This document shows positions 52,218 to 62,615 of a DNA stretch of 64,000 nucleotides, piece by piece. Under the pieces are notes generated by a model. It made no database searches, was not told the origin of the DNA, and saw only the letters and a program-made list of their open reading frames with translations. How positions within the stretch are numbered: position 1 is the stretch's first letter; every line of letters begins with the position of its first letter. Source of the DNA: Myxococcota bacterium. GTDB lineage: Bacteria; Myxococcota; XYA12-FULL-58-9; JABJBS01. The position numbers and the translations under genes were made by a program. The DNA is taken from positions 66,638 to 130,637 of the forward strand of contig JAYZAY010000067.1 in NCBI GenBank assembly GCA_036339465.1. Direction: 5' to 3'.

Positions 52218-52748
52218 TTAAGACTTGCGTTTTGGGCGACCGGAACGGCGCTCTCGTCCAGTTCTACGCCGTTGTTCTCTTTCTCTTTTGCTCTCTTCGG
52301 CTCTGGCTTGGTCAATTCTATTGCCCGCCTCTAAGAGTGCGGAACGCTCGGCATCAACAGCAACGGGCTCGTGCGTTTCCTGGACTGGTACTTCGCTTTC
52401 GCCCTTGGAGATGGCACCGAAAACCTGCTCCAACCTGACCGCCCGATCGAGCCCTTCATCCAAAACAAAATCCAATTCCGGCACATGACGAATTCGCAAT
52501 ACTCTTGCAACCTCTTTCCGAAGATAACCGCGGGCCATCTGAAGACCAAGTATTGTCTGGGTTTGATCAGTCTCGACGCCATAAACTGAGACAAAGACTT
52601 TCGCATGACCTAGGTCATTGGTTACTCGAACCTCAGTAACGGTGGCGAAACCGATTCGTGGGTCGCGGAGCCCACTAAGTAAGAGCTCGCTAAGCCGTTT
52701 CTTGATTTGCTGGCCGACCCGCTGAGACCGTTTTCCTTGAGAACCCAT
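52218..52748 (-). CDS. rbfA: Ribosome-binding factor A with basic C-terminal tail
   Basis: RSQRVG, LRDPRIG..TVTEV, DL..AKVFVS, RHVPELDFVLD; start moved to ATG 52748. Confidence 0.93.
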   Translation of the reverse strand: MGSQGKRSQRVGQQIKKRLSELLLSGLRDPRIGFATVTEVRVTNDLGHAKVFVSVYGVETDQTQTILGLQMARGYLRKEVARVLRIRHVPELDFVLDEGLDRAVRLEQVFGAISKGESEVPVQETHEPVAVDAERSALLEAGNRIDQARAEESKREREQRRRTGRERRSGRPKRKS

Positions 52749-52828
52749 TCGGCGCTCGTACTTATAAGTGTTCCTAATTGTCAAGCGGATAGGTTTGCAA
52801 TGCGACGCTTCTCTGCTAGGTCCACTCC
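52749..52828. promoter_or_regulatory. Back-to-back candidate leaderless promoters for rbfA (-) and coaE (+)
   Basis: rbfA: TTGACA(52784-52779)-N18-TACGAG-N6-ATG. coaE: TTGCAA(52795-52800)-N16-TAGGTC (extended TG)-N6-ATG. Neither has an SD. Confidence 0.5.
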
Positions 52829-53443
52829 ATGCGTGTAATTGGTCTAACGGGGGGTATCGCGAGCGGCAAGTCGACAGTGGCCACAATGTTTGCCGAGGCG
52901 GGCATTGCGATTCTTGATGCCGACGCCTTGTACCATAGCTTACTCAGGCCGCTTAAGGGAAGACCGAGTCCCGTTGGCCAAGCGATCGAAGCAGCGTTTC
53001 CCGGAGTCATAGAATCAGATGGTAACGTAGACAGGGGTCTCCTCGGTCGCCTGGTTTTCGGCAATCAGCTTGCCCTAGAAAAACTCGGGTCAATTACGCA
53101 TCCTGCTGTCGCGGCCTCATTCGCCCAAAAGATTTCGTTATTAAAGGAGCAAGCGGTGGACTTGGTTCTTTACGATGTACCACTGCTGTTTGAAAAGGGG
53201 TTGCAGACCGGCATGCAGGGGACCATCGTAGTGTGGGTCCCAAGAGCAATGCAGGTGCGGAGGATGGTCGCGAGAGGGGGGCTCAGCATGGAAGCGATAA
53301 CCTCACGCTTGGATAGCCAACTTCCCTTGAGCGAGAAGCGTAAACAAGCGACATGGCTCATAGACAACTCGGGCGACCTAAGCGCCACCCGCCGACAAGT
53401 CGCCGAATTAATCTCGGATTTCGGTTATGCTACCGGGATATAG
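52829..53443 (+). CDS. coaE: Dephospho-CoA kinase
   Basis: IGLTGGIASGKST, DAD, ITHP, DVPLLFE, IDNSG. Confidence 0.95.
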   Translation: MRVIGLTGGIASGKSTVATMFAEAGIAILDADALYHSLLRPLKGRPSPVGQAIEAAFPGVIESDGNVDRGLLGRLVFGNQLALEKLGSITHPAVAASFAQKISLLKEQAVDLVLYDVPLLFEKGLQTGMQGTIVVWVPRAMQVRRMVARGGLSMEAITSRLDSQLPLSEKRKQATWLIDNSGDLSATRRQVAELISDFGYATGI

Positions 53444-53468
53444 GGGGTAAGTGGGGAAGAAAGCGGCG

Positions 53469-53867
53469 CTATTTCCCTACGGCCTGTAGGCGTGCCTGCG
53501 CTTTTCCGATAATCGCCTGATGGTAAGCGTAGACAGGGTCATTGGCGTCCAAGTTGCTCAGATTAGCTTCTGCCTCTGCCAGCTCCGCCTTAACGTTGCC
53601 AACATCGATGTCATGAACCCACTGGGCGGATTCGGCGAGGATAGTAACTGCGTTGTCCGCAAGCTCCAGAAAACCACCTGTCACGACCATGCGTTCCGCG
53701 GTGGTGCCACTCTTCAACACAACTTCACCGGCCTTTAGGTCGGCCAAGAGCGGACGGTGCATCGGCAGAATTCCAACTTCACCAAGTACCGAGGGTGCAA
53801 GAACCTCTTGGTACTCACCCGCCAACACCGAGCGATCAGGAGTCACGATAGAAACCTTTAAAGTCAT
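53469..53867 (-). CDS. atpC: ATP synthase epsilon subunit
   Basis: IVTPD, GEVGILPMH, GGFLE; follows atpD. Confidence 0.94.
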   Translation of the reverse strand: MTLKVSIVTPDRSVLAGEYQEVLAPSVLGEVGILPMHRPLLADLKAGEVVLKSGTTAERMVVTGGFLELADNAVTILAESAQWVHDIDVGNVKAELAEAEANLSNLDANDPVYAYHQAIIGKAQARLQAVGK

Positions 53868-53892
53868 GAAATTACTCCTTCAAATCGCGCGC

Positions 53893-55443
<1,551 letters not shown>

Positions 55444-55447
55444 TTAC

Positions 55448-56323
55448 TCAGTTCAGAGCCTCTGCGCCGCCGACGATTTCCATAAGCTCCTGCGTAATGG
55501 ATGCCTGGCGGGCTCGGTTATATGCGAGGGTTAATTTGTCACTCAACTCTTTCGCGTTCTTGGTGGCGGAATCCATCGCCGTCATTCTGGAGGCATGTTC
55601 GGCGGCGACGCTTTCGAGCAGAACACGCCACACGGAGGTTGCTAGGAACTTGGGCACGAGACTCTCGAGGACGTCCCCCGCAGATGGTTCGAAGATATAT
55701 TCGTTGGCCCCTTGCTCATCATCCGGTATCTCTGGCGCGACTGGAAGCAGCTGTTCCAGGGTTAGAATCTGGGTCATTGCCGATTTGAATTCGTTGAAGA
55801 TAACGTAAACCGCGTCGTAGTTACCGTCGATAAAACTTTTCCCCAATGACTCAGAGATGTTTGCTGCGGTTTCGTAGACCAGCTTGTCAAAAACCTCTGG
55901 GTACTCGAAGGTTTGGTCTGGATAGCGCTTACGAAAGTACTCCATTCCCTTACGGCCCAGGCACCCAATACGAATCTCGTCATATTTGGCCGAATTTTCA
56001 CGTAGAAAAAGCTCAGCGCGCTTCACCACATTCGTATTGAAAGCACCGCACAACCCACGATCGGAGGTAGCGACCAAGAGGAGCACCCGTTTGACGTTTC
56101 GTTCTGCTAGGAGTGGGTGCTCGTGAAGAACCTCTTGGTCGGCTATGCCGCCCACCACGTTGCGCAGGACATCGCCCAGAGACAATGCGTAGGGCCGCGC
56201 CGCGGTAATACGATCCTGGGCTCGTCGTAATTTCGACGCTGCCACAAGCTTCATTGCACCTGTGATCTTTTGGGTATTCTTAACCGATTTAATTCGGTTA
56301 CGTATGTCCCTTAAGGAAGCCAT
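55448..56323 (-). CDS. atpG: ATP synthase gamma subunit
   Basis: SVKNTQKIT, DRGLCGAFN, RQASITQEL. Confidence 0.97.
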   Translation of the reverse strand: MASLRDIRNRIKSVKNTQKITGAMKLVAASKLRRAQDRITAARPYALSLGDVLRNVVGGIADQEVLHEHPLLAERNVKRVLLLVATSDRGLCGAFNTNVVKRAELFLRENSAKYDEIRIGCLGRKGMEYFRKRYPDQTFEYPEVFDKLVYETAANISESLGKSFIDGNYDAVYVIFNEFKSAMTQILTLEQLLPVAPEIPDDEQGANEYIFEPSAGDVLESLVPKFLATSVWRVLLESVAAEHASRMTAMDSATKNAKELSDKLTLAYNRARQASITQELMEIVGGAEALN

Positions 56324-56325
56324 AA

Positions 56326-57861
56326 TTACTTACTCGCTGTAAACGTTTTCCCGAATGCCGCCAAAACACCTTCGATTGCTTTCTTGATGTCAGGAGTTAG
56401 ATCACCGACGCTTTCTATCTGCTCGAGTACATCACTGTGATTGGATGCAACAAAGGACTCCAATTCCGTACAATACTGAGGAATATCCGTCGCATCGATA
56501 TCACGAATCCAGGTCTTCGAGCTGCCTGGCATGGTCTGGGTGCCCGCATAGATTTGAATAACCTGCATCGCCACACGTTGCGGAGCGTATTGCCCCTGCT
56601 TGAGCATTTCAGTGAGACGATGTCCAGAGGCAAGCTGTTCTTGAGTGGCTTTGTCCAGATCGGAACCAAACTGAGCAAAAGCGGCGAGTTCGCGATACTG
56701 CGCCAGAGTCAACCGCAGGGTACCTGCCACTTTTTTCATCGCCTTGATTTGGGCAGCACCACCGACCCTAGAAACCGATAGACCAACATCAACAGCAGGG
56801 CGCTGTCCTGAGTGAAAGAGATTCGTATCTAGGTAGATTTGACCGTCGGTAATCGAGATTACGTTGGTCGGAATATAGGCCGAAACATCACCTGCCTGGG
56901 TTTCAATAATTGGCAGCGCGGTCAGGGAGCCACCACCTTCCGCATCGCTCATCTTGGCGGCCCGCTCCAGAAGGCGAGAGTGAACGTAGAAAACGTCGCC
57001 AGGATACGCTTCTCGACCTGGTGGCCGACGCAATAGAAGAGAGAGTTGCCGATAAGCGACTGCTTGCTTCGAAAGATCATCGTAAATAATCAGAGCATGC
57101 ATTCCGTTGTCGCGGAAGTATTCACCCATGGAAACCCCCGCATAAGGGGCTAGAAACTGAAGGGGAGCAGGTGCGGAAGCAGGAGCGGCTACCACAGTGG
57201 TGTAGGCCATTGCATCATGGCTTTTCAGCTTTTCAACCACCTGAGCAATCGTCGACTGCTTCTGCCCAATCGCCACATAGATACAATGGACGTCGGTGTG
57301 CTTTTGATTGATGATGGTGTCTATGGCTATTGCGGTTTTACCTGTCTGGCGATCGCCAATGATCAACTCTCGTTGGCCCCGCCCCACTGGAATCATCGAA
57401 TCAATGGCCCGAAGACCGGTTTGCATGGGCTCATGAACCGATTGGCGAGGCAGAATTCCAGGCGCCTTAACTTCCAGGCGCCTAGATTCGGCATCCTCAA
57501 AGTCACCTTGGCCATCAATGGGTCGACCAAGTGCGTCAACCACTCGTCCCAACAGGGATTTACCAACGGGAACCTGCGCGATTTCGCCCGTTCGCTTGAC
57601 AATGGAGCCTTCCTTAATATTTGCATCTGCCCCCATAACAGCGATGCCGACGTTGCCCTCTTCTAGGTTAAGAACGAGGCCTCGGGTTCCATTCTCAAAT
57701 TCAACCATTTCTCCGGCCATAACAGCGCGAAGACCATAAGCCCGAACAATACCGTCCCCAATCGCCAATACTGTTCCCGTTTCTGCAATATCGACCTTTC
57801 GCTCATAATCAGCAATTTGGTCTTGTATTATCTTACTAACTTCTTCGGCACGAATTTGCAT
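56326..57861 (-). CDS. atpA: ATP synthase alpha subunit
   Basis: [29 protein letters not shown]. Confidence 0.98.
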   Translation of the reverse strand: MQIRAEEVSKIIQDQIADYERKVDIAETGTVLAIGDGIVRAYGLRAVMAGEMVEFENGTRGLVLNLEEGNVGIAVMGADANIKEGSIVKRTGEIAQVPVGKSLLGRVVDALGRPIDGQGDFEDAESRRLEVKAPGILPRQSVHEPMQTGLRAIDSMIPVGRGQRELIIGDRQTGKTAIAIDTIINQKHTDVHCIYVAIGQKQSTIAQVVEKLKSHDAMAYTTVVAAPASAPAPLQFLAPYAGVSMGEYFRDNGMHALIIYDDLSKQAVAYRQLSLLLRRPPGREAYPGDVFYVHSRLLERAAKMSDAEGGGSLTALPIIETQAGDVSAYIPTNVISITDGQIYLDTNLFHSGQRPAVDVGLSVSRVGGAAQIKAMKKVAGTLRLTLAQYRELAAFAQFGSDLDKATQEQLASGHRLTEMLKQGQYAPQRVAMQVIQIYAGTQTMPGSSKTWIRDIDATDIPQYCTELESFVASNHSDVLEQIESVGDLTPDIKKAIEGVLAAFGKTFTASK

Positions 57862-57905
57862 AGCACTATCCTGGATTGTAGGCGGTTAAGGCCAAACTCT
57901 TATAA

Positions 57906-58451
57906 TTAATCTGCGGATGATAAATCATCTCGTAAACGTTGTAGCTGATTCTTCAAGCTTCCGTCGAAAATCAGGTCGCCAACCGAACAAACGACGCCGC
58001 CAATAAGGCTTGGGTCCACCTCAGTTTGCAGGATGAGATTTCCCCCTAAACGGCGAGCAAGTGCATTCTGAATGCGGTCATGTTGCTCAGCGGTTAAACT
58101 AACGGCACTGCGAACCTGAACTTCAATATCACCCGTAAGCCTTTGGACACATCGTAGAACACTGGCGACGGCTTCTTCAATCAGGGAACTACGTCGATTG
58201 TCAGAAAGTACCAAAAGAAGATTGCGGGCTATCGCCCCAATACTCATTTTGGACAAGACTGATTTGAGAACCGTTTTCCGCTGATTCTGAAAGGATGGAT
58301 TGGCAATGATTTCACGCAGCTCTGGGCTAGTCTGTAACAGCTTCGAAAAGTTGTTTAACTCTTCGGCCAGTTGCTTCGCAGCATCTGGCCCACCAGAAGC
58401 GATAGCCGCATCGACAGCGGCTTGTGCGTATCTCTCCGATAATTGGCTCAT
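57906..58451 (-). CDS. atpH: ATP synthase delta subunit
   Basis: RYAQA, VDPSLIGG, DGSL; position in operon. Confidence 0.93.
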   Translation of the reverse strand: MSQLSERYAQAAVDAAIASGGPDAAKQLAEELNNFSKLLQTSPELREIIANPSFQNQRKTVLKSVLSKMSIGAIARNLLLVLSDNRRSSLIEEAVASVLRCVQRLTGDIEVQVRSAVSLTAEQHDRIQNALARRLGGNLILQTEVDPSLIGGVVCSVGDLIFDGSLKNQLQRLRDDLSSAD

Positions 58452-59107
58452 GCTGCACCTCGCTTTTCTTGGGTAACACCACCCTCAAGATCGACGATTG
58501 CCTGCATAGTCAAGTTTAGATGATCTTGTTCTGTCAGGCCTACCTTCAACAACTCGGCGGCTCGATCGATGGCCTGTTTGGATAACTCAACTTTGAGCGC
58601 GCTAGTCGCTTGGCCGTACTCTTGCAGGATCAGACGTTCGACATCCTCCTTAATTCGTTGAGAATAACTTTGAGCGCCACGGATGACACTGTTTTTTTCG
58701 TGCTCGGCATTCGCTTTGTTTTTGTTCAGAAGCCCCGTAATTTCGGCATCTACGGCCCCAAGTCTACCCTGGAAATCGTCGTACTCAGATTTGGCTTCTT
58801 CGAACTTTTTCTCTGCGGCGTTAAGCCCGTTGCGAATATCCGCATGACGAGACTTAAAGAATGCGGGCAGCCTGTTCTTTAATGCGACATACAAAATTGA
58901 AACAAATATGACGAAATCGACGACAAACCAGAAGATGGGGGGACGGTCCTGGTTTTTTTCGAACCAATTAACATCTGAGAAATCCGCTGGGCCATGAGCA
59001 CTACCACCAGCAGCCCAGACCACTCCACAGTAACCGATAATCAAAACAAAAGAGAAGAACGACCAAAGGGCGGTTCTCGGGAGAATGTTTACTCTTGCCT
59101 TCATCAT
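58448..59107 (-). CDS. atpF: ATP synthase subunit b
   Basis: Signal-like N-terminal extension, TM (FVVDFVIFVSIL), coiled-coil body; upstream of atpH. Confidence 0.88.
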   Translation of the reverse strand: MMKARVNILPRTALWSFFSFVLIIGYCGVVWAAGGSAHGPADFSDVNWFEKNQDRPPIFWFVVDFVIFVSILYVALKNRLPAFFKSRHADIRNGLNAAEKKFEEAKSEYDDFQGRLGAVDAEITGLLNKNKANAEHEKNSVIRGAQSYSQRIKEDVERLILQEYGQATSALKVELSKQAIDRAAELLKVGLTEQDHLNLTMQAIVDLEGGVTQEKRGAA

Positions 59108-59118
59108 TCAAAGCATCC

Positions 59119-59544
59119 TTAGCTCAGGCGGCGACCGAGAAGTTTTTCCACAATCGCTTGCGCTATTGGCTCAATTCCATTGTCGAGTTGCTTGCGGGCA
59201 TCCTCGACCTCACCACGAATCCGATCCCGCGCTACACCCAGTTTTACAGCGGAGTCATTCCTGGCCTCGGTAACGAGCCGTCGTTCTTCTTGGCGCCCGT
59301 GAGCCAAAAGTTGCTCACGCTCTCGACTAGCCGCCCCGCTGGCCTCCTCAAGCCTTGCTTCATAGGCCTGCTGGTCTTGTATAGCCAGTCCCTCCAAGCG
59401 CGCGGCCTCTTTGGCTCTGCCTGTAATCTTCTCATCCCTGAGTTCAAACACCTTTATAAAAGGCTGGAAAACTAACGGATTCAGAATTCCGATCAGGCCA
59501 ACGAATATTGACAACTGGATAATAAAGGTTATGTCGATATCCAT
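59119..59544 (-). CDS. ATP synthase subunit b'
   Basis: MDIDITFIIQL TM followed by coiled coil, ending EKLLGR; first gene of operon. Confidence 0.88.
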   Translation of the reverse strand: MDIDITFIIQLSIFVGLIGILNPLVFQPFIKVFELRDEKITGRAKEAARLEGLAIQDQQAYEARLEEASGAASREREQLLAHGRQEERRLVTEARNDSAVKLGVARDRIRGEVEDARKQLDNGIEPIAQAIVEKLLGRRLS

Positions 59545-59782
59545 TTTAAGTCCTGTCCTGTTTCGGTGGCGTAGAATCCCTCTCTAGCCCCTTAGCCAGG
59601 TGGCTTACTACGTCAACCTGATAAGTTGGTCAAGCTGTTCGGCGGTGAATTGCTAGCAAGATAACTCGAACCACAATCGTCGAGCGTTGGCCTGGCCATT
59701 GAAAGGGCCCAGGGCTTGAGAGGTAGCGGTTGGGAGGGAGAACTGCTAGCTTAATTTGGTGGAGTGTTGTAACGTTTGCTTC

Positions 59783-60016
59783 ATGGTACAAAAGTCTCCG
59801 GAATCGAAAAGACTATGGCATCTCGCCGGAAAATATGGGGCGGTGGGATTAGAATTGTTTCTCTCCATTTTGATTCCAGTTCTTGGCGGGCATTGGTTGG
59901 AAGCGAAATTTGATTTCGCCCCCTGGGGTAGTTTCTTCGGAGTGATTGTCGGAGTTGGTGCGGTTTGGCGGTTGTTAAGTCGGGTGATTGCGGAGTTTAG
60001 AAAAGATAGTCTTTGA
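59783..60016 (+). CDS. AtpZ/AtpI-family (ATP synthase gene 1) membrane protein
   Basis: GAVGLE...GGHWLEAKFDFAPWG..FG...G pattern; divergent from the atp operon. Confidence 0.8.
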   Translation: MVQKSPESKRLWHLAGKYGAVGLELFLSILIPVLGGHWLEAKFDFAPWGSFFGVIVGVGAVWRLLSRVIAEFRKDSL

Positions 60017-60776
60017 CGGGCGAAAAGGTCCCTCGATGAATTCGGCAGGGCCCCAGTTTTTTCAAGGCTTCGAGGTGAAACCTGGTTCCATACCCTTTAT
60101 GTCGCTCGAACCCATAGCCTGGAAACTCCACGGCATAATTCGTCATGGCATTGTCTCGTGTCGTTTTCGCGATAATTGAAGCCGCCGCAATGGCCCGCAC
60201 ATTACTATCGCCCTTGATGATAGCCTTTTGTCGGATGGTAGAATCCGGAATGGTCCGTGCATCGACCAGCAGGATCTCCGGAACGACGGTTAAAGCCTGT
60301 ACTGCTCTGGACATCGCAACCCGACTTGCTTGGTAGATATTAATTTCGTCAATCTCCCCGGGGGAGCAAGAGCCTGTCGCCCAGGCGACACTTTTCTCCT
60401 TGATTCGTTCGGCAAGTTGGCCTCGGACCCGCTCTGTCAGACATTTTGAATCGTCAATCCCCAAAATGGACGTTTCGACAGGTAGGATAACAGCGGCAGC
60501 AACCACCGGACCAGCTAGGGGGCCAGCTCCTGCCTCATCAACCCCAGCAACAAGATAGCACCCTCCTTTAAGCAGTTGCTCTTCCAAATCAAGTAAACGT
60601 TGCTCCTTTGCGTAGAGTAACTTTAACCGACGGTATTTCCTGAGAAGCCTTCCCGCTTCTTTACGTGGATCTCGCTCAAGGAAGGCCACGCTCTCGTCAG
60701 ACAGGGGATTACCTTTTTCCAATCTCGATTTAAGGTCCTTCAAACACAAGTTGTTCAAGGTTTTGTTCCTCCGCAT
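59997..60776 (-). CDS. rnhB: Ribonuclease HII
   Basis: AGVDEAGAGPLAGPV, DDSK, KGDS, AAASIIAK, HKGYGT; N-terminal extension; GGAG SD. Confidence 0.95.
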   Translation of the reverse strand: MRRNKTLNNLCLKDLKSRLEKGNPLSDESVAFLERDPRKEAGRLLRKYRRLKLLYAKEQRLLDLEEQLLKGGCYLVAGVDEAGAGPLAGPVVAAAVILPVETSILGIDDSKCLTERVRGQLAERIKEKSVAWATGSCSPGEIDEINIYQASRVAMSRAVQALTVVPEILLVDARTIPDSTIRQKAIIKGDSNVRAIAAASIIAKTTRDNAMTNYAVEFPGYGFERHKGYGTRFHLEALKKLGPCRIHRGTFSPVKDYLF

Positions 60777-60875
60777 AAACCATCTCCGAAACAAAAGTTA
60801 TTCTTCGCTTGTCGCAGACTTAGAAAATGCCGTAGCATCTAGTTGAAACATGGAATCATGGGAGGCTTGCTAACA

Positions 60876-61925
60876 ATGGGGGAGTCAACAAGCAATTTAG
60901 CTACGATTCTTCAGGCCCACCACGGCGAGAAACATGCTGTGGCCATTCGAGGTTATCCCGATCCCGATAGTATAGGGAGCGCCATGGCCCACGCTTATAT
61001 TTCGGAAGAGTTCGACATTGAATGTATCATTTTGTACTTTGATGACATTTCGCACCAAGAAAATAGAGCGCTCGTGAAACGGCTGGCCATCGAAATGGTC
61101 CGGTACGACGAAAAACTGGACTTGACTGGACTTGACGCCATCGCAATCGTAGACTCTCAGCTTTTTCAACTGCCTCCCCCGCTCGACAAACTTCCCATCA
61201 TTTCCGTAGTCGACCATCACAAGAATCAAATGGACACCACGGCGGAGTTTGTGGACATCCGAGAAGATTCCGGAGCAACCTGCTCAATTTACGCAGAATA
61301 TCTCAGTGACAAAATAGCCACGATGGATCGAGAAAATCCGTTTTGCGCCAAACTCGCCAGCGCCCTGCTCTACGGGATTCGTTCCGACACCGACAACTAT
61401 CTTAGAGCTAGAGAAATCGACTATCGCGCTGCTTCATTTCTAGCGCCCTCTGCCGATCACGACTTGCTTATGTCCATTTCGTTGCAAAGCATATCCCCAA
61501 GGACCATGGAAATCACCCAGCGAGCATTTGCTAATAAGGTTATCGTTGACAATTTTCTTGTTTCAGGTTCGGGCTATGTTCGAGAAGAAGACAGAGATAG
61601 TATAGGGCAAGCCGCGGACTATCTGATTCAACGGGAAGGTATCGACACGGTTCTGTGCTATGGAATCGTTAACAATCGCTGTATTGACGGTTCACTTAGA
61701 ACGCTCAGCGATGTTGTCGACCCCGATCGCTTCATTAAGGAGCTCCTTGGTAAAGGCCCCGACGGCGTATTCTATGGGGGAGGCCGTACCGATAAAGGCG
61801 CGTTTCGAATTGCCCTCGGTCTACTCAGCCAATGTCCCGACCGAGACTTACTTTGGAGCCTCGTACGGAAGACCGTGGAAGAGCTTTTTATCAAAAAAAT
61901 CGGAACAAAACCCGAGGAGGCCTAA
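60876..61925 (+). CDS. DHH/DHHA1 family phosphoesterase
   Basis: PDPDSIGS, VDSQ, VDHH, GIRSDT, GSLR, GGGR; GGAGG SD. Confidence 0.9.
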   Translation: MGESTSNLATILQAHHGEKHAVAIRGYPDPDSIGSAMAHAYISEEFDIECIILYFDDISHQENRALVKRLAIEMVRYDEKLDLTGLDAIAIVDSQLFQLPPPLDKLPIISVVDHHKNQMDTTAEFVDIREDSGATCSIYAEYLSDKIATMDRENPFCAKLASALLYGIRSDTDNYLRAREIDYRAASFLAPSADHDLLMSISLQSISPRTMEITQRAFANKVIVDNFLVSGSGYVREEDRDSIGQAADYLIQREGIDTVLCYGIVNNRCIDGSLRTLSDVVDPDRFIKELLGKGPDGVFYGGGRTDKGAFRIALGLLSQCPDRDLLWSLVRKTVEELFIKKIGTKPEEA

Positions 61926-61937
61926 TCTGTATTCTCA

Positions 61938-62071
61938 CTCCAAAAATCGCGGAGCTTCAAGCAATGATTCGCTTTTACTGATTGTTGTTGCTATTGCTTG
62001 CCATGAGGGGAAATGTTGTTTCCCCACGAAGGTATTGTCGGCCCTATCGGCCGAAAGGATTTTTCGGCCGA
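61938..62071 (+). promoter_or_regulatory. Multi-hairpin structured leader upstream of cheX
   Basis: Inverted repeats CAAGCAAT/ATTGCTTG, GGGGAAA/TTTCCCC and TCGGCCGAAA/TTTCGGCCGA. Confidence 0.5.
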
Positions 62072-62072
62072 A

Positions 62073-62528
62073 ATGACCGTTAATGAAGAGCAGCTTTTTG
62101 ATATAATCCAAAACGTCTGGTTTACCGTCGTTTCATTAAGGCTAGAGCCTCTCTTGCCGGGACAAAGTAGGAACGATATTGAGAGTGAATTTCTATGTGC
62201 CTGGATGGAGACAGAAGGTGATTGGAATGGCGGGCTTCTGATCACTTGTCAGGAGTCTTTGGCTAAAGAAGCAGCAGCTGTCATGTACGAAGTCAGCGAT
62301 AGCATGCTGGGAGAAGATGCCATTCACGACACCATCGGTGAGCTGGCTAATATGATTGCCGGCTCCACCAAGGTCCTACTGCCAGAAGACGTGAGTCTGC
62401 TACAACCACAGGTTCTAGAAGAAGCTGACCTGCCTGAATTATGCCTAAGTAGCTGGCCACTGCTCAATATCGCCACACAATATGAAGGTCAGCTACTATA
62501 CGTCTCACTTTTTAAATGGAATTCATAG
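62073..62528 (+). CDS. cheX: CheX-family chemotaxis phosphatase
   Basis: GDWNG..L, DTIGELANMIAG (E-x-x-N motif), P.V; start moved to ATG 62073. Confidence 0.85.
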   Translation: MTVNEEQLFDIIQNVWFTVVSLRLEPLLPGQSRNDIESEFLCAWMETEGDWNGGLLITCQESLAKEAAAVMYEVSDSMLGEDAIHDTIGELANMIAGSTKVLLPEDVSLLQPQVLEEADLPELCLSSWPLLNIATQYEGQLLYVSLFKWNS

Positions 62529-62580
62529 TTCCCTTACTCCGTATTAAACACCTGATAATCTCTTCTGATTTTCGTGGAGT

Positions 62581-62615
62581 TTGCGTAGAGAGTGGACGCC
62601 TGCTATCGGTTGATA
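62581..62615 (+). promoter_or_regulatory. Candidate leaderless promoter for tldD
   Basis: TTGCGT-N17-TATCGG (extended TG)-N6-ATG; no SD at normal spacing. Confidence 0.5.

Noticed and set aside
52166..52886. Long N-terminal extensions of TruB and RbfA in the ORF track
   Set aside because: They overlap neighbouring genes (rbfA, coaE); the family motifs and the SD or promoter signals fit the downstream ATGs.
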